64,000 nucleotides of DNA from Macrostomum hystrix (lineage: Eukaryota > Animalia > Platyhelminthes). Where the stretch lies: the NCBI GenBank assembly GCA_950097015.1, contig CATNEN010000012.1, forward strand, positions 3,534,001 to 3,598,000. Reading direction: 5' to 3'. Positions 52,940 through 64,000 of this stretch are shown piece after piece. Under the pieces are notes generated by a model that saw only the letters and a program-made list of their open reading frames with translations, was not told the DNA's origin and ran no database searches. Both the position numbers and the translations under genes were made by a program. Position 1 is the stretch's first letter. Every line of letters begins with the position of its first letter.

Positions 52940-53410
52940 GAAGCCATTTTACCACCAGTGTTTCTACCAAGGGGTCTCCCCTGACATTTTTTGGGCGCTT
53001 GGGCGGTGACTGATTGGTTGACAGACTAGGCCAGGGTGTCCTGTGGTTGAGCTGCGCCTAGTATTTGACCAGTGAAATTAGAGAAATTTGTATGGCTTAT
53101 GTCCACCTGTTGTAGCCCTTGAAGGTCCAGCAGTCCATCCAGATAAAGGTAGGTGACCACCGAAGACGGAGGTGATGCAGGCACATTCGGGTGACATGCT
53201 GATAAATTTTGAAGGCCTGGCAAGGCCGCACTGAGGCGCAGTGCTAATTAGTGTATAGTGGTGTATGAAATACACTAGCGCTTATAGGAAAAATCGGACC
53301 TTCGACCAGAAACATTGAATATCTCGACGGTCTGAAGAGCTGGCGACTTGATTATTGTTTCAGAAGTTGCGCAACAAAAAGTTGGCCTGCGTTCTTGAGT
53401 TTCGTGTGCT
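52940..53410. repeat. Dispersed ~500 bp repeat, copy 2
   Basis: Same orientation as, and colinear with, 32675-33190. Confidence 0.9.
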
Positions 53411-53701
53411 CCGTTCGGGTGCAGCACAAAAAATTGTCAGGAGGTAATCCCCTTGGTAGATCTAATATTAATATATCAAGCTTTTATAAAAATATTCCAT
53501 ATCAGTTACCCATCACCTACTGTTAGTAGTCATCTAAAATAGTTTCTTGCTGCTTAAAAAACCTAAAAAATAATTTGTGCTGTAAAGATAGAGATGAAGC
53601 ACGCTATATTAATACGGGAACTTTTCTCAAAGTGAATTATATAGCATCAACCTTTAAATAATTACCAAATAAATGCGAGCAAATTTTAGCACAGTAAAAT
53701 T

Positions 53702-54658
53702 TCAGCCGGTTGCCAGGGACACATAAGAGGACAGAAGCTCCTCGCCGGCGTTGATGACCCGGCAGGTCACCAGGGCCACTAGCGGCACCTGACCGGCTGT
53801 GAGCGGCCACCTAGCGCAGGTATCAGAGCTGTAGAAGGCGCAGGGCAGTCGGCTCAGCAGTTCGTGTTTGTCCGGTCCGCACGGAACGGGCCAGCCGAGC
53901 TCCTTGTAGCGCACATTTGCCGGCCGAGCTTCTCCCGTCTCATTGTTCACGATGTGTCCAGTTGCTAGGGCGTTGCTAGGCGTTATCGCTGCTGGCTTTT
54001 TGCGCCGGCCATCCAGCCAATCAGAGCCGTCCAAGCTCCAGCCAGTTAGCCGGTCGCGATTGGCGCAGGACTTGAAGACGGACCGGCTGAGCCAGGAGTC
54101 ATTGGCGTCAACAAGAAGACCGTCCGCTCGACGAAGGATAAACTGATTGCCGATGGACGCCAGTAGAGCCGGCTCGCCCGGACTGTAGATTGTGCCCGGA
54201 TACAGGCCGACCTTAAGGACAAGTTCAAGAGTAAATCTAGAACCTCTTTGACTATGTTCTCATATTGAGAAGCTGAGAACTCTTACAAGCGAGCCCGGCT
54301 CTGCGCTGCCCTCGGCCAGGAAAACCCCGAGCCCGGCACCGCCAGGAAGGCTGCTGGGGCCCAGGTTCAGCCGATAGCCGAACAGTCGGCTAAGGCACTC
54401 GTTGCCATGACAACCGCTGCTGGCCAGACAGCGAAGGTAGCTAGTCAGCTGAGTGCAGAGCTGGCTATGCAGCTCGGCTTGGGAATTGAATCCAGCCAGT
54501 TGGGCAGTCAGCAAGTCGCTGTCGCCGCCTCGCCTTGTAAGCTGGCGGAAGTGTGAATCCCCAGTGGCTGCTTCGGTAGACCGACGGGTCGCATTGCGCA
54601 ACAGCCAGGGCACAAACCGGTAGCGGTAGGAGCGCCACCATGACTTCCAGCAAGCCAT
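53702..54658 (-). CDS. SETD9: SET domain-containing protein 9-like, 2 exons
   Basis: Exon 54658-54287: WWRSYRYRFVPWL...SSLPGGAGLGVFL. A 75-nt GT-AG intron follows. Exon 54211-53702: VGLYPG...SIGNQFILRRADGLLVDAND...GHIVNN...GEELLSSY*. The YRFVPW N-terminus, SIGN-F and GEEL--Y motifs match SETD9 as I recall it. Confidence 0.88.
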
Positions 54659-56317
54659 TGTGGATACAGCTTAAACTGGCTGGGCGAGGCTGAAATAGCT
54701 ATTTATGCATTTGCAGCACGTGAACTTGACGAAAAAACCATCTTCATTTCTAATGTTATATAAGTAGCCTAAATGCTTATTTGTGCAAGCGTAGGCTAAG
54801 TTTCAAGTAAGCAATCATAAGCCTCATCGTCATCATGGAGTATATATGCACATTTTACAACATGTAAAATTATTTTGGGTGCAATCATCAGATTCAAAAG
54901 GTAGCTTTAAGGTAATTTTATTTTTAAGAAAAAACATGAATAATAAAAGAAAAAAGATTCATAAGAACTTTTAGCATAGCATTGACTGGTATGTCATTCT
55001 AAAATCTATAAAGTAGGCAGTTATTATCTAAAGAAGTTAAGGCAGCTTTGTTCTTGTGAATATTTATATAGTATAGCATGTAGGTTGTAAATTAAACAAA
55101 ATAACTAAAAAGAGAGTTTGGCCTTAAAGCTATAGTTTTGTAAAAAAATGTATGCTAAATAAGATATGCTTTTTTATATTATATTATTTTTTGTAAGACC
55201 TGTATTCTTGTTAATACTGAAGATAAAGAGACGACGTAGAGAATATATATTATGAAACCGAAGCTGCATAAATGGAAAAATTGAAAGATATTTGAAGTTC
55301 ACAATAATTTTCACTGCCGATTAGCACATTAGTTTTGCAGGTTTCCCATAATTTTCTGCTTCCTTGGCCATTCTGACTTTTTTGGTTTCGTCGTGAATCA
55401 AAATGATTCTTAGAAGTTTCTGTCTTTGAATACTTTATGTTTAAGCAAAAACAAAGCAATAATCAAGTAATTGCTTCTATTTGCCTATTGCAGAATAAAA
55501 ACATACATCAGTATATTAAAATACGGTACACCTTTCGATTTATCTAAAAGTTGATATATTTTTCTTTAGCAAAGCTGTTTGACCTGTTCTTTTTAATTTT
55601 AAACCCATGATGTAATGATATCGAGTTTGTGGAATGATAGATTAATGATATAGTTAAGTATAAATATGCCTATGCTTACTGACTTCATTTGTAGCTTTCT
55701 TAGGACCACGTGACCTAATTTATTCTTTGCACTGTTTGTTTTAACGCATAAAAGTAACTGAGTCTGAGAAGGACTTTTTTAGTATAAAATATGCCAAGTT
55801 GGGCTATATTTATTGACTTGTTTGTTACTTCCTGCGACTATGTGACCTCGATAATTTCTTATTTAAGTGGCTTAGTTAGTATATAGGAAAAAAGTACTGA
55901 GTCTGAGAAAGACTTTGAAAACTCTTAATTTAAACCACATGTATTCACAGCTTTTTGGCTAAAAAGCAAAAGCTCTTTTAAAGAGCTTTGAGAAATGATG
56001 GCTAGGTCCTAATTTATTTTTAATTGACCTTAAAGGCTACATATGTAACTTAGTATAATGTAATGTAAGTAGACTTTATTAGCTATTTATATGGAATGGT
56101 ATTGCCTATTCTTTTTTCAAGTTTTGCCTAGCAAACCACATCACATTTGTGCCTATGACCATGTTTTCTATTTTATTTATTTACTTCATTAAGTAAATAT
56201 GTTTTAATAATTTCGGTATGATTCACAGTATTCTGTGGTGTAATGTGTTATGATTGACATTATCAAGTTGTAAAAATTGATGAATCCTTTCAGCTGTGTT
56301 GTTGACTAGCTGGTGCC

Positions 56318-57473
56318 ATGTCTTGCAGTAAAAAAGAAATTCACAACCGACCACTGATTGGAAAGCACTTCGGGCAGATGGCACAGATTTCAGAGCACTT
56401 ATTTTTAAGCAGTGCGCATCCTCTGCGAGATCCTCGAATCAATGACATGAAGCTTGACTTGCTTATTAGTGCCACCTTGGAGCCTCCTGTTCGCCTGAAA
56501 CAGGTAGAGATGCTACAGGTAAGATTTTATGTACTAGGAAACGAGCAAATGAAGGAAACAGCCAATGCACTAAAGTACAGAAAGCAAACAGGCAGTGCAC
56601 TGAAGTACATGAAGCAAACAGGCAGTGCACTGAAGTACATGAAGGAAACAGCCAGTGCACTGAAGGACATGAAGGAAACAGCTAATGCACTGAAGGACAT
56701 GAAGGAAACAGCCAGTGCACTGAAGGACATGAAGGAAACAGCTAATGCACTGAAGGACATCAAGGAAACAGCTAATCCACTGAAGGACATGAAGGAAACA
56801 GCCAGTGCACTGAAGGACATGAAGGAAACAGCTAATGCACTGAAGGACATCAAGGAAACAGCTAATGCACTGAAGGACATGAAGGAAACAGCCAGTGCAC
56901 TGAAGGACATGAAGGAAACAGCCAGTGCACTGAAGGACATGAAGGAAACAGCCAGTGCACTGAAGGACATGAAGGAAACAGCCAGTGCACTGAAGGACAT
57001 GAAGGAAACAGCCAGTGCACTGATTATCTTTATCTTTATAAGCAACATGTGAACCATGCAATTCCTTAAATCAGATCCCAGTAGACGACACGCCACAATC
57101 GGACATTGGTCAGTATTTCGACCCGGTTGCAGATCGAATCAATTTCGAGGCAATCAATGGTCGCCGTGTTCTAGTTCACTGCATGGCAGGTGTGTCTCGG
57201 TCAGCCGCGCTGGTCTTGGCCTACTTAGTAAAGTACACCGGTGCCAGTTTGAAGCAGGCCTACACAATCTGCAAGCGTCAGCGGCCGTATATAAGACCCA
57301 ATGCCGGGTTTTGGCGCCAGCTGTGCGACTTTGAGTTGGCCCAGCGCGGCGCACAGTCAGTTAAAATGGTCCCATCGGCTAGCCAAGGCATCATACCGGA
57401 TCTGTACGAAGCGGAAACGACGAACAGTTCGGGTGGACTCTGCTGGATTTATTTAAATAGCGATGACAATTAA
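56318..57473 (+). CDS. Atypical dual-specificity protein phosphatase (DUSP14/18/21-like), 2 exons
   Basis: Exon 56318-56518: QMAQISEHLFLSS. Exon 57075-57473: IPVDDTP...VLVHCMAGVSRSAALVLAYL...RPYIRPNAGFWRQL. The catalytic HCxxGxSRS and PNxGF motifs are intact, with a phase-0 GT-AG intron. Confidence 0.92.
56548..57022. repeat. 30 bp minisatellite ATGAAGGAAACAGCCAGTGCACTGAAGGAC, ~15 copies
   Basis: Direct reading; it fills the DUSP intron 56519-57074. Confidence 0.96.
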
Positions 57474-59546
57474 ACCTGATTTAGTTGCTTGGCTAGTTTG
57501 GAAACCTGACTATTAAGCTCCACTTATACATGTGGGAAATCATAACTCAACTTTAGTGAAAAAATAAGCCTTCCAAAATTTAGATTGACAATTGTGATTA
57601 TCAGGGTTTTTGTCTATATTTTCATCATACTAAAATTGTGCATGGAAACAGTTCGACGCTTGTGGATAAAAAGTGGAGATTAGAAAGTATTTCCTGTAAC
57701 GAATCTCCAATTTATTTATCGCTTGAACTATCACACAAGGTTTAAGAACTGTCTGCTGGTATCTACTTAAACTTACTAACAAATTAGAATCATTCTGATC
57801 ATTACTGTGCTTTAGCATTTCTCAGTTTTATTTTGCCTGTATAAATTATTTGTATTTATGATAATGTGGCAGTAGAAAATAAAGTCAACATAAACCCGGG
57901 AGCGCCAGCTTGCCTGTCTGCAGCTGCCATAAAAGCATAATAGTTTGCTCTTTGAGTGCTGCTCTTTTTAGTATTCAACCAATGAAGGCTACCTCTATAG
58001 GTATTTGCATATGGTTTTTTTCATTTATATTTCAATTTTTTTGAAGACTCCTACAGGTTTTTCCGAAATATAAATGTATTTTATCTAAGATACAATACTT
58101 TCATTTCCATTATCCGTTAAATAGACCAGAAAATAATTAGCTTTATCAAAATGTTCTGTTAATTCTTTATTTTGCTATATATATTTCTTCTATGTGGAAG
58201 TTTCTTTACTAAAAATAAATGCAGCTGCACTCTACAATAGTATGATTCATCAATTCGAGTCGATATAGATCACAGCAACAAACTGCTATTTACGGATTTA
58301 AACACGGTTTTTTATTAAAAACAAATCTATAAAACTTACCTTGTTAATAATCAAAATGTAAAGAATTGTAATGTAAGATTTTTATAATAATGTTTTTACG
58401 GATACGTTTATATTTTTACACTTGCCGTACATTAATAATAATTGTTGTAAATATAGACTCATACGAACTTTTAATTTCACTCTCACTTATATTTTCTATT
58501 TTTTAAACAGTTTCAATAAGCTTTATCGCCTCCTGTCAGAATAATTCGAGTGTGTAGTATACCAAACGGTTAATAGTAAAAATACAAATCAAAATGTTTA
58601 TACCCATTGTTAATAAATCTAAGTATTAGATATTATTTATATTTAGGTAATTTGAGTAGGTATGTAGACCATTTATAAACCTAGCTCCATTAAACTTTGC
58701 TTATGTTTTATCAGCAAGAGAAAGGCAACATCCTCTTCTTTGTTTTATAAACTATCTTTATCTATTCTTCTTTCCTTATTTTATTCACTTATTCTTTATT
58801 AAGTATTTATTTCATTGTGCCACCAAGCTTTACACGAATGTATCGTGATTTTGTTCAAAGAACTTTTCAAAGACCCTTTTGTACTGCTTATGTACAGCTT
58901 CTGGAGTTAAGAAAGAGCTGTAAATTAATATTTTTCTGTTTCAATTACAAATCACTTCTGTGCACTCTCTAAATTTACAGAGCAAAAGTTTAGGCGCCTT
59001 TAAAAACCAAAAATGGTAAAATTATTTTATACTTCTTTATTATATTACATCTTTTATTCTATTTCAGTATTTAGTATCCCCTAGATAGATAATTTAAATT
59101 TTTGTCTCTTTCTATTTTTCCTATTCTATTTAGAATCATTCTACATCAAGTGTTTATCCGAATTTATCATTAAGTGTTTAAATAACAATAAGAATGTGAT
59201 TTGTTTATTATTTTCTATTTATAAATGAGTAATAAAAGCATTAATAAGGTACAGTTGTTCATGTCCTTATTCAATATGGATCAGTTGTTGTTTACAAAAG
59301 CTTTGTAGTCAATTATGTTCCAAAACAAGTTAGAGTGGAGTAACTTCTTGTAAAATAACCTGTCTCTAGATAAATTACTGTCAGGATAAAACCTTTCTTC
59401 GCATGGACATTATAAAATCATAAGATAAAAGTAAGGTTCATTCTAAAAAATCGCTCTTGTTTTAACACGGAATATCACGTTAGATGATGTTTAATATCGC
59501 GGGAACGTATAAAGTTGCCGCAGACTAAATGAAATGAAAACAATGC

Positions 59547-61145
59547 ATGTTTAAAAATCACATAGCTAAAAACTTAACAGCGCGTGGACTCATGATAGCA
59601 AGTCCGCGCGCCGATTCCGAAGCATACAGTGACTACACTGATGACGATGACTATGCGACCGCCAAACGACGAGTCTACGTTGATTATCCCGGCCACAGTG
59701 ACGATGAATTTGACTACCTCTTTGTCAGCAGCCGGGCCGTCAACAGAAGCAACGACAGCAGCGGTAGAGCCTGGCAGCTGTGGGAGCGAAGCCTGAATGG
59801 CAGCCAGAATCCTGGCTCCGATGGACACTCGTTTCCTCAGCCACCGCAGCCGCGTCGCGCTGTTGTCTTCGGTCCAACCGAGGTGGCCGCCGGTCTCGTT
59901 CGAGACTCCCGCGCCGCAGAGCGCGAGCTTCGCCATGAAGTTCGCTACCAGCGCCGTCTTCGTCGCCGGATGGACCGCATCGCCGGCGATCTGGCCGAGC
60001 TTGAGCGCAGCCAAGTTCCACCGCTAGACTTGCTAAAGATGTCGGAGCCCAGCGAGTCGCAGCTGCTGATGCGCGGCACCATCGAGTTCGACCTGCGATC
60101 ATCAGACGATGAAGGCGAGGTAGAAGAAGACGGTGCTATTGCCGCAGCTGCCTCTGAAGCCGAAGTCGGCGGCGACAGTCCTGCCACGCCCGGCCAGCTG
60201 GCCGAGTTAAGTCGTCTTCGTCAAGATCTCGACTACGGAGGCGACCGGCTACCGCCACTTCCGCCCAGGCCGCCGCCGCCGATGTTGCCCCCGTTAGCGC
60301 CCGTCGCTAGAGGCACTGGCCTGAACCGCTCCTGGCCGACTGAAAAGCGACTGCCGCCACCGCCTCCACCTTCGTTCCAACCGCAGTCGCTGCCGGATCC
60401 GCCGCCGCAGCGGGGCGGCGCCTCCGTTGTGCCTCGAGTGCGCAGCGATGATGCTCTGGTTAGACATAGATTTTGTCTGTTTCCAGTTTTTTTCTGGATT
60501 CCATAATAAATACTAATAATAACAATATTAATAATATTTCTCTAGCCGTCGCTGCCGCAGCATCGCCTCTCAGTGCCGCCTGAGCGAATGGTGCTGATTG
60601 GCGGCGCGCCAACTCAGCAGGCCTATTGGCTGTCGCAGTCGGTGGCTTCTCATCCACCAGCGGCTGGCTATCTGATCAACGGCGGCGCCTTTGCGCAGCC
60701 TCTAATCATGCCAGTATATCCCCAGATGATTCAGCAGCAGCAGCAGCAGCAGATGGTACTGGCTTATCAACAAGTGCTGCAGCCGCCACCGCGACCTCTG
60801 GCGCCGGAACCAGGACAGGTTAGTAAACACTAAAATTTCCGGTTTTGAACTTCAGCATCAAGTTAAAAACATCTCAGTATAGTTATTTCACAATCAAAGA
60901 AACAGCAGTCTCATCACGAATTCCAACGGCTTGGCCCGGCGATTCCAAGGCATCCAATTGGAATGACGTCACTACCGCCAATAACCGCCAACCCCACCGC
61001 CACCGTGTCAGCCAATCAGACGTCGCCGCCGGGTCTGCCAGCGCATCCGCAGCCGCTCAGGGCGACATCAAAGATGGCCAAAATGATCGACACTCGCGAG
61101 TTGAACAAAGTGAGCACAGATCGCGGAGTAAATCATGTTGAATGA
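59547..61145 (+). CDS. Uncharacterised acidic / Pro- and Gln-rich protein, multi-exon; may continue to ~62180
   Basis: GC-rich open frames sit in an AT-rich background. ~59547/59581-60459 is joined in phase 0 by GT-AG to 60548-60818 and ~60910-61109/61145. No family motif is recognised. Confidence 0.55.
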
Positions 61146-63024
61146 GATTATTTTTTCACATCTTAGCAAGACCATACATGCTATACTCTCAAAATCATCT
61201 ATCTCGTATACTTTTTTGTAGATCTATTTCGGTGCAGGATTAAAGGCAGCTTTGAAATGTAAAACATTAAATAGCGAAATTAGTCCACTGTGCGCTAAAC
61301 TTTCGTTACTGTAGCTCATTGTAGTATCATTACTTAATTCGTATGGTCCTCGATTTGACGAGGAAGGGGTTGTTGCTATTTTTTAGAAAACCTTTGTTAA
61401 CCGGTAACACCACTTCACAAAATCACATGACTAAACCTCAACTAATACAATAATATTTCAGCATTATTTCTCTAACAATTAATTCAATAGTGGATGAGCC
61501 CGAAGTTGTAAAAGGCTTTTAATCTTCTAACTTGCTCGTTCATATAAAAGTGCATGCATAAATTAATTTAAATTTCCCTAATCTGTCATACTTTCTGTAA
61601 ATCTTCACAACAACACAATGTACCTAAGCGGAGACAAATTGTTCAAAATCACCAAAACGATAAAATAATTTTAGTTAACCAACGCAATGGCGGGTTTTGG
61701 CTCGAGACAGCAGGCAACATATCAGGTAATTTTGATTGTTCAAAATACAATAAAACATTTTTAATATTATATTATGTCGTTATATCAGGCTTCCAATGGC
61801 TTTCAATCGAAGTTGAAATGGGCGCCATTAGAGGAGTCGTTCTCATCCGGTGGCAGCGGCGTAGCGGAAGGCAAAAGCTATTTACATGCTGTGAGTCTCT
61901 TGATCAATTTTCTCATGACCTGATTTTGTTTCGATAGTTTCCACTGTGAGCACTTCAGGATGTGACTCCCGGGTTTCAAATGAGGCTTCAATACACATTG
62001 CACCCACAATTTCCTTGCAGCACAATCTGCAGAGATCAAGGCAGCAAAACCGATCCACTCCAGCCAATCGGGGCAGATCTAATTTGGCCAATAGCAGCGG
62101 CGCCGGCCAATATCAAAGGCTGCATCAGCCGAATGACGCATCACGGACGTTATTAAATCCAGGTTGCAAAAAAGACAAGCAGGTGACACTGGAAGGTCAG
62201 GAGAAGCGCAAGCGAGTAAGCTAAATCAGTTCCCGTTACAATTGCATGTCTATTTCGTATCTCTGGTATGCTTGAATTCTATCTAAAAAACGAAACCCAT
62301 TTCAGATGCTCAAGAACTCAAAAGGTGTGCCGCCGCCAAACTGAAACACAATAATTAGATTTTGAACGTTTCCTAACATCTTATATCCGCGTATAATATT
62401 GCTCGTACACATGTTTTGATAAATTTATTTGCATGTCCCAAATGTTTTAATCTCTACTTTTTGTGCCGAAATAAACGCCAAAACTCAGCGCAATTATCAG
62501 TGCATTTTATATAATAAATTATTTGTTCTTTATAATGTTTGCTTATAAAGTTATAAGTCAGTTTGATTCTAGATCAGTAAATAATTTTGTCACAAAATTA
62601 CCTTTGTCGTTATGTTTTTTTTTGTAAAGTGATGTAATGTGATAAATTATATTTTGACTGATTGCTTTTACTAGACGTTTTTTACTAGCAGTTGTGAGTA
62701 AATATAAATCTAGAAAAATACGCAAAAATATATGAAGCTATAGTCATTTTATCTGAAGTTTTTTTATAAACGGAGAATTACATAACTTTTTGACAATTTT
62801 GTTGTTCTCATTTATGAACCCTTCAGTACTATTATAATAATAATTACCACACAATTACCAACAGTACCACATAAGTTTAGAAACTCTTCTTTAGAAGAGA
62901 AAGATAACGAGAAAGAGAAGAGAAGAGAAACTCTTCTTTATAGTTTAGAAGCAAATCTTCAAACTTGTATATTACGTTACAAAGAGAGAATCCTAGATAT
63001 GACAACGGGATGAATTAAATGTGA

Positions 63025-63103
63025 TGAGATAAGACAGTTGAGGGAGGATACAGAAGATAGATGAGACAGAGGAGAGATAAGACAGAAGAGAGATAAGACA
63101 GGG
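63025..63103. repeat. Degenerate member of the 16 bp GAGAGATGAGACAGGG family
   Basis: GATGAGACAGAGGAGAGATAAGACAGAAGAGAGATAAGACAGGG. Confidence 0.55.
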
Positions 63104-64000
63104 ACTGAAGTCGGACGTGAACGACTTAAAAATGGAAAGCAATGACATCGTGTTATGCATTCATGAGCGTAAATATTCTTGGAGTACTCCTATTGGTCAT
63201 TATATATAAATGCGAGGCACTACACGAAACTCGGCAAGGATGCAACCGAAATAGCGTTTTCAACAACTTGTCACAGCAAACAAGAAAATTTGTTTAAGAA
63301 CAGAGCATTAGATGCATGACATCGTAATATGTCGTTTCCTTATCGCCATTTTAGCTTTCTGCGCAGAAATTTAAATTATATTTCTTTCGTCACGTGCAGC
63401 TAGTCCTTCAGTAGGCTTTGCCTGATACTGAGAGTGATATATGTATTGTATTGTGTGGGTTTGCATTTATAATTTTACGATTGTTATACAGAGTAGTTAG
63501 ACAGACAGTAGTAGTATTATTTAGATGTTGAATTGACAAAGAAACAATGTTTATATTAGGCCTAGTATAAATTTCATATACTAATCAAATGACTATTAAT
63601 TTTAATAATTTATCGATCATTTGACTATAATGTTAATTATTTAATTATTCTAGCTTATCTTCTGAATAACTATGAATATTGTTTCTTTAAAGAATAAAAA
63701 AATGAAAGTATAATTTTTTATAGCATCTGTAGCAGATGTTCTGGCTGTGCGGTTTCTATTTGCCCTAATTTCTGGTATTTGCACTTTGGTCTCACGTGAG
63801 TAATGTGTTACCTTGGTAGCTGAATGTGCCCGAGCAGTAAGGCACTCCCTAATATTTTAATTCCAGCCTTCCGGGGCTTTACGCAGTGGATTGAAGCTGC
63901 CCAGTATTCACGATCAGGAGAGTGAAAGAGGGAGAATTCCTTCTTAATACAGTCGGGAATTGTAGGCTTAAACTTTACTGGCCATACATTATGAAGGACT

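Noticed and set aside
54401-54414. RFX X-box-like GTTGCCATGACAAC
   Set aside because: It lies inside SETD9 coding sequence (GCHGN codons), has one mismatch, and has no independent support.

Overview
Eukaryotic (metazoan) genomic DNA with GT-AG spliced genes. The style (short default introns, huge intronic minisatellites) resembles a flatworm such as Macrostomum lignano, but that is an inference I cannot confirm. Genes: the 3' part of PPIP5K/VIP1 (+, to 12120), a complete 17-exon M1 aminopeptidase (+, 13429-38911, about 1034 aa), a secreted LRR protein gene with an apparent +1 frameshift (+, ~47744-49543), SETD9 (-, 54658-53702), an atypical dual-specificity phosphatase (+, 56318-57473), and an unassigned Pro/Gln-rich gene (+, from ~59547). 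About 31 kb (~48%) is tandem arrays with 6-46 bp units, mostly inside introns and abutting splice sites. Nearly all long ORFs in the supplied track are translations of these arrays. There are also two SINE families and a ~500 bp dispersed repeat. Most interesting: (1) introns appear inflated by locally born arrays whose units repeat donor-like or branch-point-like motifs; (2) the two largest arrays (~45 bp units, in different genes) share a skeleton that also matches an internal segment of a tRNA-SINE and carries hammerhead-core-like words; (3) the 8-mer TACTCGTA is strongly over-represented.
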